A DNA stretch of 64,000 nucleotides from the human T2T-CHM13v2.0 reference genome, Homo sapiens. The notes under the pieces are model-generated. The model was not told where the DNA came from. It saw nothing but the letters and a program-made list of their open reading frames with translations, and made no database searches. Positions 15,355 to 28,109 of this stretch are shown here, piece by piece. Position numbers and translations under genes: made by a program. The stretch's first letter is position 1. Each line of letters begins with the position of its first letter. Location of the stretch: NCBI RefSeq assembly GCF_009914755.1, contig NC_060939.1. One strand, 5' to 3'.

Positions 15355-15780
15355 GATATTTTGTTCAGATTCTTTAGAAGCAGAGCCTGAGATAAGAATT
15401 TGGGTGTATATTGTTTATTAAGTGAATAGTCATCAGAGAAAGGTAGAGGGGAATTAGGATATGGTAGGAAAAGGATCTAAACAAGGATGTTTCTGGTTTC
15501 AACCTGATTCCACAGGGAATACTGGAGCAAATACCATAGATAGAGACTCTTATAATTAGGTAAGTACTTGGCCTTACCTAAGTATTTGAGTCAGTTATTG
15601 GCTGTAAGCTGCTCATTCCACCTTGTGTCTTGTGTGTGTGTATGTGTGTGCGCACACACATGTGTATGTAAGATTTTCCCGGTAAGGTGGCTGGGAATGT
15701 CAAGGTTAATCCTCCAACATTCATGACAACTCACACCGACCCAGTCTGTGGTCAAGGCACCAATGGCATTCAGCTTATTT
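15355..15780 (-). mobile_element. Old ERVL-class solo LTR (LTR16/LTR33-like)
   Basis: agaagcagagcctgagataagaatttgggtg...tttatt, a motif shared with the element at about 50845. Confidence 0.55.
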
Positions 15781-15805
15781 GAGATTTTTCACTGTTAACA
15801 TCTTT

Positions 15806-15949
15806 AATCACTAGCATTCCTCTACACCAACAACAATCAAGCCTAGAGCCAAATCAGGAATGAACTCCCATTCACAACTGCCGTAAAAAGAATAAATACC
15901 TAGGAATATAGCTAACTAGGGAAGTGAAAGATCTCTACACGGGGAACTA
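15806..15949 (+). mobile_element. Isolated L1P/L1PB ORF2 internal fragment
   Basis: tcactagcattcctctacaccaacaac...gaactcccattcacaactgcc...aataaatacctaggaata...gaagtgaaagatctctac. Confidence 0.88.
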
Positions 15950-17834
15950 ATTTTTTTTAATTCTAAATTTAAAATGTTCAATTTAAAATTAAACAAATAT
16001 TTTTAACATCTCTGATAATTTTAAAGTCTTTCACATTTAATGTATGAAATATGACATTTCATATTCTAATACTTTGTTAGCTCTAACTCATTTATTCAAT
16101 AAACTATTTTTCATAAGTGTTGGAGTTTGGAGTGCTGTTACACCATATGAGTATTAATACATTCTAATGTTGTGTTACCTTATAGAAAAGGATGCGAGAA
16201 ATAAGGTACATATCTATAATATTTTAGGGATTCTTTCCCAATATCCATTGACTTCAAAATTATTAATAAGATATGTGCTTTCAAGAAAAGAAATTATTTT
16301 GATTTATCCAAACTTTGCTAGAGAGTAAAGTAACAATCCTAATAAATAAAGTAATAGGAAAAATATTCAGGACAAAGTAGAATTGGCATTTAGAAAATAA
16401 TAGATTAGTGATAGTATTATAGTATCTGGAACTTCCTTTTTACATTTGGAGATTAATACCGAGATTTATAAATGGCTCAGTAGCTTCAAATGTCTTATGA
16501 GGGTCATCACTGGGTACTAACCAACAGGTATGGAGAATATGCATATTGGTGAAGTGAGTGGTTGTTTATTTATTTCTTAAAAGAACAAATCAGAATCACA
16601 TTCAATCTAACAGTCAGCATTAAGAAGGGAAAATATTGATTATAAGAGATTGTAAATCGTTATGAATTCCTGACTTAGTTCTCTATTCTCACTTTAATTG
16701 GCTATTTGGATTTATACAGGAAGGTACAAAGCTCTTGAGACTGAAATTTATCAGTTTTCCCTATCAATGATGACCATGTATATTAGATGTCTTTGTACAT
16801 CAGATACTGTTAATAAGAATGTAAACCTTTTGTAAATTTGCAGAAGAATTTATTCCACATTGTGAGGGTTAATGCTTCCTTCCTGGCTGACTAGGAACCA
16901 TTTGAAGAGTTTGAAACTTGTTATTTTCACATTGGTACTGTACATATGTCTCCAGAGTGTGGGAGCTTCATAAACAACACATTTTGATCTGAGCAGATGT
17001 ACTGCATCTCTGGAGGTTAGGAAGTTCATTATTACAGACAGCCCACCTAACATCCATTTGGTAAGACTCCATTAGGTATATTAAAATACAATGCAAGATG
17101 TCTGAATGAAAAGTGTATTTGGTGAGCCGTGGGGTATTCACATGTCCTCCAGAGTAGGAAAAGTTTAGTTTCAATAGCAGCGGCCACATTCAAGTGATAT
17201 ATATTTGTAATATTGACTACCATGTGGGTACTACTGACAGCTTTTACTGGTTTCTAAAATAAATGTCTTCTAGCAGCATGTAATAGACATGATCTTATCC
17301 ATTTTTATATTCCGGGGAGGGACTAATGTTATTGTCCTTATAGGGTAGAAAGGAAATATGGAAGCAGACAAGGGGGATACATGCTTTTCTTATATGCTTT
17401 TGATTCATCTTTTATCTACATGGTCACTTCTTTAGCAGAAGTGATCCTGTTCTTCCAGAAGAAAAAGAAAACTACTTTAGGATTAGCTGGACAGCAAATG
17501 GCATCCCTTAAAGCAAAGGACTTAGAGAGGAAATTATGAAATATATTAAATTTATCTCAAATGAAATATGACTCCTAGGATGGCGATCAATTTTTAGTTG
17601 AGAGGTAGTGAATGGAGGTTAAATCATGAATTCACACTTTCCCTTGTGATCCTCAAATCAGCACTCTTAAATTATCTTCTTTAAGCCTCAAAGTCACTTG
17701 TTGTTTTATGCTTCTTCCATGTCCCAGGTGCTAGCATATTAATGGTCTTTGCCATTTGTAGAGTAGCAAGCCGCCAGATCAATAAGCGTGCTTAGCTGCT
17801 TGCCATTAAAATTGATCTGTACTATCCTTCCGAT

Positions 17835-17842
17835 TGACGTCA
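17835..17842. promoter_or_regulatory. Full palindromic CRE (TGACGTCA) in a unique, enhancer-like island
   Basis: Exact motif with its CpG retained; function not shown. Confidence 0.4.
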
Positions 17843-18324
17843 TATCCAGCTGTAAATATCATCAAGTAAGCTGTCAACTCATTTTCATTATGAGTGTTTT
17901 TCATCTCAAAAGATGGACTTCAGTTGGACAGCACATTAGGATTTTTCTTCATTATTTCTGACAGTTCCCCAATAACATCTAGAGTATCTTTTTAAAGGAA
18001 AATCAGGATTGGCCAGTAACTTTTAAAATGGAGGCGGGATTAATAACAGCAGCAACAACCACAAATAAAAGACACAACAAAAAAAATCTTTGCAAGCCAG
18101 AATGTTAGAAATTAATATGAAAATCGAGAACAGCAAGATTTGGATGTTCTCTTTCACATGTGAACCAGGCCCCGGAGATCTTTGTGAGTATATGGGTTTA
18201 TGTAAAGAAAATTCTAGTGTTATACTCTTGAAGACACATTTCCAATGGATTTGTCATTGGGACTTCAAAGGAGCATTTGTTTATGTGATCGTTGATCCAA
18301 ACTTCCTGCTGAAGATTACAAAAG

Positions 18325-18495
18325 GTGGCAGGGAGGGTGGGACGGGAAGTGAGGGTTGAAAAATTGACTACTGGGTCTAATGTTCACTATTCAGGTGAAC
18401 ATTAAAAGCCCAGACTTCACCACTATGCAGTATATGCATGTAGAAAATCTGCACTTGTATCCCCTAAATCTATAAACATAAAAATAATAAATAAA
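18325..18495 (+). mobile_element. Short 5'-truncated L1PB/L1MA 3' end
   Basis: gagggttgaaaaatt...aagcccagacttcaccactatgcagtatatgcatgta...ctgcacttgtatcccctaaatcta followed by an A-rich tail. Confidence 0.88.
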
Positions 18496-19559
18496 GTGCC
18501 ATGCAAATATTTTAAAAATTCTGAGAAAAATTCTGGGTCTGCAAGCCATCTTGGTGAGTGTACCTACCTGGATGTCCATCTAAGTGAAAATCCTGGAGAG
18601 GTCACACATTTTCTAATAGAATGTCACCCTAACCTCATTAGTTTGGTTTCTAAAAAATATTCTTCTGCTCTCATCCAACAGTACAGAACACCATTTCTTA
18701 GCCTTTGTCTGCCATTCAGCTCCCATTGAAAATCTGAGAAGAGAAGCCATACTTACTGTAGATGATTTAAAACCCATTCATTGCTCTAGGAATTCTAAAA
18801 TGGTATAAATATAGTACCATATATGTGTATATATGTACATATATAATGTATAAATAAACAAGGATAAAAGATATAAAAATGCACACAAAAATTGGTGAGC
18901 ATTTTTGGATTTTCAAGCAACATTATTATTACCTATTTGTGTTAGTTATGTTTGCCATAGAATTATCACTATTCAATTAGTTTTTACATTAGGATTCCAT
19001 TTTCACATGAAAGGTCATGCAAGAAAACATTTGTATGATATTCATATCTAAATTTTTTGCAAAAATATTGAAGTTATAGTCTGCATCACTCTCTATATAT
19101 TCTATGAAGCCTCTACTAAGATATATCTTTTAGAGTTCAATGTTAAACAAACTTTGCTTTTGGTGAGCAACCAGAATCTTCTTCTTTATTGATAATGAGA
19201 ATTGTTTTTTACTGATTATATTTCTCTTTAGTTTTGGATACCAGGGCACTCTGAATTAAATACGAAATGACCAAATAGAAAAATAGGTTATGATAGCATA
19301 TATGTTCTACATATATGCATTCTCGATTTTCTATGTTTATTACTACCACTTTATAAAATCTCCATTTAAGCTGTCTCAAATCCTTTGTGAAAAGAAACAG
19401 GATATAAGTAATTATAAACAAAGTATTGTTTGTCAAAGTATCAGTTATATTGGCATACAAACTTGTCAACTACCAATAAAAGTAGAAACCATGAATGATT
19501 CATTTCTAGCTAGTCTGTAGTCTCTTTGAGAGAAGGTAAAGAATTCATAGCACTAATAA

Positions 19560-20260
19560 TAAGACTTATACTTCTGTGAATGTCTACTTAGTAACAGATG
19601 CTAGAAGATTTAATATATGTTTGCTAATCTTCACTGCCACCTTGCAAATAGAGAAAGTATGTCCCATTTTTCTGAAGATCAGAGTGTTTGTGTAACTTAT
19701 TTAAGGTCACCTACCTGGTAGGGGATTGAGCCACTGCTCAAATTCCCCACAGGAAGTGGAAAAATAAACTCTGTAGAATATTTATTGCAGGGTCTGGTGT
19801 GCTTTAAATTGTAGGAATGATAAGTTCTATGTTTTGTCTCTCTTTGTTTTCTTGGGTGCTAGTGGCTGGCAAACAGTAAATGCTAAAGAATATTGGATAC
19901 ATAATTGAAATAAGACAGAACAAATGAGTAAATGAATTTTGAGTAATATAAATAGCAGAAGTCATAATATATAATATGGTGAATAATATAAAATTAATAT
20001 AATATCTAATAATTGTGAAATTATTTGCATTTATGTTAATATTTATATTATTTGTATTAGTATATTTAAAGTGATAAGTACCTATTCCTTCACAAGCATT
20101 TCATAGGTGATTCTACATAAATCATTTCACTGAATTTTCACAGAAGATCTGTGAGAGTGACATCTAGGAAAGTAGGTTCAGATACCATGAAGTAACTAGC
20201 TGAAGATGATGAGTGGTGATGTTGGGATTTGAGTCCCTATCTAACTCTAGAGATTAGGAT
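19560..20260. mobile_element. Cluster of degenerate MIR and L2 fragments
   Basis: aaggtcacctacctggta...gggattga (MIR antisense); cagtaaatgcta...aatgagtaaatgaa (L2 tail); gggatttgagtccc. Confidence 0.5.
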
Positions 20261-20399
20261 CATATGAAACTATGTCGATAAAGAATCTTTAGTTAATTAC
20301 TGCCATAATCCTAATGAGTGGGTTCTGCATTCTGTAAATTTACTCCATTAACCTCCAGCAACATGTCAACATAGTGGATAACATCTTCCTGAGATTTTT

Positions 20400-20567
20400 G
20401 TGTGTGTGTGTGTGTGTGTGGCAGGATCTCACTCTGTCTCCCAGGCTGGAGTGCAGTGGTGCAATCATAACTCACTGCAGCCTCAATGTCTCCAGGCTCA
20501 GATGATCCTCCCACCTCAGTCCCCCAAGTAACTGGAACTATAGGCATGTGTCACCATGCCTGGCTAA

Positions 20568-20634
<67 letters not shown>

Positions 20635-20636
20635 AC

Positions 20637-20670
<34 letters not shown>

Positions 20671-20800
20671 TTTTTTTTTTTGGTAGAGACAGGGTTTCAC
20701 CATGTTGTCCAGGCTGGTCTTGAACTCCTGGGCTCAAGCGATCCTTCTGCCTCAGTCCCCCAAATTGCTGGGATTACAGGCATAAGCCGCTGTTCCTGGC
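20400..20800 (-). mobile_element. AluJ SINE inserted in an L2, with (TG)n tail and (TG)n(TA)n linker
   Basis: AluJ features (atcataactcactgcagcctc, ctcctgggctcaagcgatcc); microsatellites at 20400-20420 and 20570-20668. Confidence 0.93.
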
Positions 20801-22030
20801 TTTTCTTGAGTTTCTTTCTTCACTTGGCTTTCAGGACCCCACCTTCTCTTTGGTTTCTTCCTACCTCACTGGTCAATCCTTCTGTCTCTTTTATTGATTC
20901 TTCCTCTTTCCCCCAAGGGGTAGAATATAGGTGTGTCCCAGTGCTTAGACCTTGGTCCTCTTTACTCTCTTTCAATGCTCCCTGCCTTGGTGATCTCATC
21001 CAGTGCCATGGCATCAAAAATAATTTTACATCCAGACTATAAATTTCTATATCTAGCCCAGATCTCTTTTCTAACCTCCAGATTCATAAAATCAAGAGTC
21101 TACCCTATATTTCTACTTGGATATCTATTAGGCATCTCAGACTCTAAGTATCTAAATCTTAATAGCATTATCTTTCTTCCTAAACTTGCTCTCAGTTTTC
21201 CCCATCAGTTGAAGGCAATACCATCCTCCCAAGTACTGAGGCCAAAACCCTTGGTATCATCCTTGGTTGTCTCTCTCTCTTCCTCCCTCTTTCATATTCA
21301 ATATCCACTATATTAGCAAATCCTGTTGGCTCTACCATATAAATATAACGAGAATTGGATCACTAGATGAATTATTATTGCCTTTGCTACTACCCAGGCT
21401 TGAGCCTCCATCATTTTTCTTTTGGATTATCACAGTACCCTTCTAATTGGTCTTTCTGCTTCTACCCTTTTCCCTTATGATCAGTAGAGTAACCATGGCA
21501 ATCCTTTTGAGACATAAGTAACATCATGTAATAATATAACACCACATCAATTTTCTATTCAAAAACATTTAATCATTCTCAATTTCACTCAAGGAAAAGT
21601 CAGTCTTGACAGTGGTCTACAAGGCTCCACATATCCTGGCTGTTCGTTTCCTCAGCCTCTTTGCTGGTCCTTGAATATGCAAGTCGGGTGTCCATTTTAA
21701 GGCTTTTCTCCATCTCTTCTCTCTGGAATAAGAACATTCTAAATGTGACATTCTCCATGAGGCCTACCCTGACTGCCCTATTTAATATTGTACCTTTTCT
21801 CCTAATCCCCATAGTCTGATTTCCTTTTCCTTTTTATTTCCACAGAATTTATTTCTAATATGAAACATTACTTATTATTTTTACTTTTATTTTTTGTTTT
21901 CTGTGTCAGCCAACTAGAATATAAATTCTACAAGGTCAGAAATATTTGTCTATTTTGTTTATCAACATATCCCAGGCTTCCAGAATAGCGCACAAGTCAT
22001 AGTATGTGCACAATAAGTAGTCGTTAAATT
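20801..22030 (+). mobile_element. L2a LINE 3' portion, beginning at about 20340 before the Alu
   Basis: cttcacttggctttcaggac...ggtgatctcatccagtgccatggc...ctagaatataaattctacaagg...caataagta. Confidence 0.88.
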
Positions 22031-25000
22031 AAGAAACTTAATTCAAATGTAAGAATTTCTAGTGTCTTTTTGTGGCTACTATAGGCTTAGTGTGAACTGT
22101 TATAGGACAGATTGCAGCTGACTTTGTGTGAGTAGAGGCAGGTACTCTATCTAGGCAGGGCCATATCATAGTCTGCCTTAAAGGTTAAGTCAGAGAAGTC
22201 TGTGCTGTAATGCACCATACTCATTTGACCAAATAGTCCCTAAAAGTGTGAAGTGCACATACAAGCATGCCCTCTTCTCACCACCTCAAATTTCGGCACT
22301 CTGTTAATTAATTCTCTAACAAAGACCTAATAAAGTGTAGCACTGCTTATTACAATTGGTTTCAACTTACGTTTTAGCAGAGGCAACAGTCTGTTTACAG
22401 ACAAAATACGGCCAGGGTAAACAGGACTTTTCTTTTTAGCACTCATTTTCAATGCCTTGCTTCTGGAAAAGCATTGTGAAAAGTGAGGACTATCTGGAAC
22501 ATGTATTTGTTAGAAAGCAGAGTCTCATGCACATATGACTTTAATTTTCACTTTGTGATATTTTATCTCAATCCTAATAATTGACACATCATCTTTCTTT
22601 GTCCATTGTCTCCTAATGATTTTCTCTTTTTTATAGACATAGGAATATTAAAGATATTTTCAGTAAAAACATCACCCCATAGCAGAAATATATGTTTTTA
22701 TCAGATTTTCCCACCTATATCTTTATTTTTCATAGTTGAATTTGTAAAGTTTAATTTTTTTTCCAAACATAACCTTTTCTTGTTAGTCAACTATCCATTT
22801 TGCTCAGTTTGGAAGCATTGAGTTTCATAAACAATGGATTCCAGTAACTAGAGAGAAACCCATAAAAAAAGCAGGGCACAACTCTCTCTATATAACAGAA
22901 CTTTACTTCAATTTAATGTATTCATTTCCTTTCAAGCATTTGAGAGTGTTTCCTCTTTAGCTATGAACAGAAAATAAAGTGACTAATTTGTGATGAGTGT
23001 TAAGAGTGTTAAATACTACAAATCATCTTTCCAGGTCTGTAGCATAAACTGGCAAAATCTTAGCATTTTTTTGGAATTTTATATACTATTTTAAGGAAAA
23101 TGTTTGAATTTAATTCATGGCTTTTATTGTTATTACCTTGCTTTCTGAAAAACAACACGTACTCTCTTTTAATGAGTTGCTTAATTTTCTCCCGTCTTGA
23201 TTAACAATTTAGATTGCCTTGGGTTTTCAATCTGTTTTGTGAGTTTAATTTCCCCTTCCCAAGTTCTATATTCATTTTCCTAGGTTGATTTGATTCATTT
23301 TCAATTAATTAATTTACAATTAATTAATTAATCCCCCCTTGACAACTGCCTTAGTGGCATCACAACTCATATTAATGGTGTAGTGCCTGTTCTAATTAAA
23401 ATCAATATGTAGTTCCTAATGACACAGCCTTATCTACTAGAAATAGTGAAACACTAGATAGAATACAATCTCTTTTTAGACCAAGGTCCATATGACCATT
23501 TGATAGTACAATTGCAATAAAAATACTTATTTTGTATTTTATAATATGACTAAGATTCTTTATATACTAGTTACTATACATCCTAGTAACCAACACATTG
23601 ATTAGAAATTAAAATGACATCATTCTTTTAATCAGATAAGTCATTCTCTCTCCACATGTGTTATCCACTTTAGATTTCAGGGATATATAATACATTTATT
23701 CAAATGTTGTCTAATTTGTTAGACTTCACCATGATATAAATTCTAAATTTGTTGCAATTATTGGTAAATTTGTAGAGTAAGGGTTTCATCTTAACAGACT
23801 TTTTACTTCCATTTGTAAATTTGACACTGACTTGAAATAACATATTAGGAGAAGATAATATTACTTTTGTATTTATCCCTACTGGAGCAGCACTGATAAA
23901 ATTTTATAGTGGTCTGATATAAGCACTAAGTTACAATCCCCTCCCAGTTAACAAACTCTCCATTTATTATAGTATGTTATGGCAGAGAAAGTAGAGAGTT
24001 AATGTGATACTAGTCGAAACTTGGCATGCGATTTTGTATAGTGTGGCTTTGTCCAAATAAAAGTGGTGGATATAATTCTAAAAAGATGTTTAGGATCATA
24101 TGCATTAAGCTGAAGAGAAGCTATGACTTCTTGAGACAACTGAAAAGTCTAAAAAGTGCTCTCAGTGGCCCTGTTTTCTGAAAACCTGTTTGTTTGTTTC
24201 TCTGACCTACTTTCTTTGGTCAGCCTTATTTCTTCTTTTTATCTTTGACTATGCATCAAAATAAAACAATCAATATTAATATTAAATCAGTCCTTAATCT
24301 ATGCAAAGCTCTGTGTCGAAAGGCGTGTAAAATCTGAAGAAGTCCCTGCTCTGAAGGAGCTAACACCTCTGTTTACTTCCCATTGTCTATTTCTCCCTTC
24401 TAACCAGAGATCAATGGTCAATTTTGATCTTTATTTTTAAAGTACCCTACTTTTCTTGCTTTTATTTCATTTGGATCCTTTCATTTAGCCTTCTTTTTCA
24501 ATTTTTTTTCTTATTACGTCTGTATTAACTCTTGCCACAATATTTTGCTCCCAAATTTAGAAGGTTATTTTAAACAATTTAAGTGCTTTAGTTTATTCTC
24601 TTTAATGAACTTGTTGAGCAACATAACCCTCGTCTCATATATAGAGTAGTTAAGTTATCTGTTATGTGGAATAGTGAAATCTTACTTCAATACAAAAGCA
24701 AAACAAACAAACACTAATTCTGTAATGCCTGTATGAGACGCAATTCAAATTATTTATCCCTTGAGAACCACTGGTTATACAATATAGAGAAAAGCACCTT
24801 TCAAGAGAATAACCTACCATAGGCATTTCTCCTTATCAATGGGCAATATTAATCTTCATTGAAGCCTACATGGAGGGTAATTCTCCTAGTAAATCTGATG
24901 ACTAGGGTAGTTTGTACATTCAATTACATGTACTAAAATAGCAAATCAACTTTTTAGGTTTAGAAGACTCTTGGGCTTTCTTTTTTTAATCAGACTATTG

Positions 25001-25559
25001 ATTATCTTGCCCAATTGCTGCTACCACCAAACACAGTCATACAACTCTGGCATATACTATTTATTATCAAAACTAGCCACTAACATTGATGTTTCCCTGT
25101 ATACTCTGAAACACTCTGCGATCTATTTTCAGGTGCCAAGAGTGGTCATAGAGATCACTGATATGGCATTATCCTATATGATAAAAGCAATATTCATAAG
25201 CTAATGTGACCATTCCTTTGTCTTCTTCATTGTTTTTACTTAGTTCCGTCAATAATAATGTTTTACATTTTAGAGACTTAAAAATGGATGGACAGAGTAA
25301 ATAATTCAAGAAACATAAAATTGTATATTGTATTGAGTTGTACATGAGGTGCCTCCCACCCTTAGTTCTTCTTCCCAAAGGCAACCACAACCAGTGTTCT
25401 TAGTTTCTTATACACCCTTCCATATTCATAACATAGACTTTTATATATCTACATTTACATCTGTATCTATCACTATCTTTTTTCAGAAATACATATAGTC
25501 ACAGATTTTATATATTACGTTATTACTAAATGAATTTTGTACACTAAAAAAAGTATTTG

Positions 25560-26420
25560 TTGAAGAATTTCAACTAATTTATGTGTATATTCCTTCCTCA
25601 AGAATGTAGAACATAAACTCCCCACTGTAAGTGTGGGCTGCTCATAGGGACTCTGTTCTAAAGAGGACAGTATGGAAAAGCATCTCACTTACACCTGAAT
25701 GTAGTATAGAGTTTTATGTTTCATGAGTAAATATATTTACTCTCTCCATCTATTTTTAAGTCTTTAAATATAAAACATTTTTACTTATGGGACCAGGGAA
25801 AAACAGCTTAAAAAAGGAAGATTTATATTGGCTTATGTGTATTGTTTTTATGATATACGACAATAACTATACAGTAGAGAAAACTGAGACATACTACTTC
25901 AGGCAGGTGATCAAGTGTGATGAGTCCTGTTGATGAGTCATCAGTGATCACATTTATAGCTTATATCCTTGATATCGTGTGATGAAAATAGCAATTTACC
26001 TCTGTGCTCTTCCTCCCCAAATCTCTCCAAACCCTTGTCTAGCTGTGAGAAAAACATCAGACAAACCTAAATTAAAGGACATTGTACAGAATGTTTGACC
26101 TGCACCCCTCAAAATGCCAAGGTTATCAAAACACAAGAGAAGTTGGGGAAACTGTCACAATCTAGAGGAGCCTAAGAAGGCTTTATAACTAAATGTAAGG
26201 TGGTGTCCTGGATGGGATTCTAGAGCCATAAGAGAACATTTGGAAAAAGCAAGGATGTCTAAATGAAGAATAGACTTTAGTTATTAATAATGTATTACTA
26301 TTCATATTAGTTGTGCCAAAGTTCTATAATAATTTGGGTATGAAGTATATGGAAGCTCTATAACATGCTTGCTTTTTTCTGTAGTTCCAAATTATTCTAA
26401 GATAAAGTTTATTAGATGTT
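25560..26420 (+). mobile_element. L1MC-type 3'UTR interrupted at 25680-25862
   Basis: aagtgtgggctg...cagtatggaaa / taactatacagtagagaaa...gagaaaaacatcagacaaa...gaggagcctaag...cctggatgggattc. Confidence 0.8.
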
Positions 26421-26819
26421 TTTAAAAAGTACCCTTTGTGTATGACTGCATACGGGACAGAATAATTTGACCTCAAATCAACGATACAAAATAGCTTACA
26501 ATAAGCTGCAAGTGTGGGATGTGTAACTGTTGAACTAACATCACCTAACATGTCCAGGGTGAGGGAGAAGAGGTTTCTGAACAGAAGTGCAGAGTTTATC
26601 ATGCTGATCAGATAGGTACAGAGGTGGCCCTGGAAACCAGACCTGCCCAAGGAACTTGCAGAAGTGGGAGGATGCATAGCGTGGCAGGTGGAAAATAGTA
26701 TCCAGAGAGAGGAAGAGGATCAGGGTTGGGGAGACTCAGCAAGAAATAACTTAGAAGTTTTTTAAGTGAGTAGCAGACGACATAGAAGCAATAGAAATGT
26801 CAACCTGTGGACCATTTTC

Positions 26820-27200
26820 CAGGACTACCTGTTTTCATATTTCTGTGCCCTTATAAATGCTGCTCCTTCTACCTGGAACACACTTCTTTTCCCTTTTCAT
26901 GAACTCTCTTTCTCTCTTTACAATTCAGTTCTGATATTACCTCTTTGGGGAATGGTTCCTAAATCTCCCAGTTGAGCTAGGTGCCCCTCCAATGCCTCTC
27001 TATGATCCTCTGAACTTCCTATCTATTAGAGCAACAGCTCTGTTGATCTGAACTATCTGTTCGGGTCTGTTTATCTGTGTGTCTTCTAAACTAATTTGTG
27101 AATTCCTTGCTGGCATAGACTCCGCCTTTTTTTGTTTGAAGCTCTGTATGCTCCATGTGTGGTACAATGTGCAGTTACAGTAAACACTCTTTGTGCTTGT
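26820..27200 (+). mobile_element. L2 3' fragment
   Basis: tgctgctccttctacctggaacac...tttgtgaattccttgctggcatagac...cagtaaaca. Confidence 0.6.
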
Positions 27201-27479
27201 AGAATAGAGAGGCCGGAAAAAATGACACAGGGAACCCATCTTGGAGCCATTCAAGCATATGACAGGTTTTCAACAGAGAAGGACCTAGACTCTAATATTT
27301 TCTGATTCAGTACAGACACCATGGGCCATGAGGCAATTCTCAATTAACATCTTGCATTATTCAGATCCTAAAGCTTGATCTACACACAATCTGCAAACAC
27401 ACAACCAAAAGCAGATCTTAGGAAACTGTAAGAAACTAGTGACACAAAGATGAAAAATTGTAGGAAAATAAGACTTCAG

Positions 27480-27698
27480 GAAAACTGTATGGAGATTCCT
27501 CAAGGAATTAAAAATAGAACTGCCATTCAATGCAGGAATCCAACTACTTGGTATCTATCTACCCGAAGGAAAAGAAATCATTTTATCAAAAAGACACCCG
27601 TACTCATATACTCACATGTTTATCACAGCACTGTTCACAATAGCAAAGTCATGGAATCAGCCTGTGTTCCTCAACAGTGGGTTGGATAAAGAGAATGT

Positions 27699-27737
<39 letters not shown>

Positions 27738-28109
27738 CTACATACACCACGGAATACTACATGTCCATAAAAAGAATGAAATTATGTCATTAGCAGCTAC
27801 ATGGATACAGCTGGAGGCCATTATCCTAAGTGAAATAACTCAGAAACAGAAAATCAAATACTGCACATTCTTACTTATAAGCAGGAGCCAAACACTGACT
27901 ATACATGGACATAAAGATGGAGACAACAGACAGTAGGGGAGGGCTACTCCAGAAGTGGGGAGGGCAAGAGGGTGGGAAAACTACCTACTGAGTTCTATGT
28001 TCACTATGTGGGTGATGGGCTCTCTAGAAGCTCAAGCCCTAGCATTATGCATTATACCCATGTAACAAACCTGCACATATACCCCTTCCCTTGAATCTAT
28101 AATTTATAA
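27480..28109 (+). mobile_element. 5'-truncated L1PB/L1MA1-2 3' end with internal (TG)n at about 27700-27735
   Basis: gaaaactgtatggagattcctcaa...ctggaggccattatcctaagtgaaataactcagaaacag...catgtaacaaacctgcacat; TSD aagacttcag at 27470-27479 and 28110-28119. Confidence 0.92.

Noticed and set aside
20311-21316. Overlapping ORFs with CVCV runs
   Set aside because: Derived from AluJ, microsatellite and L2 sequence
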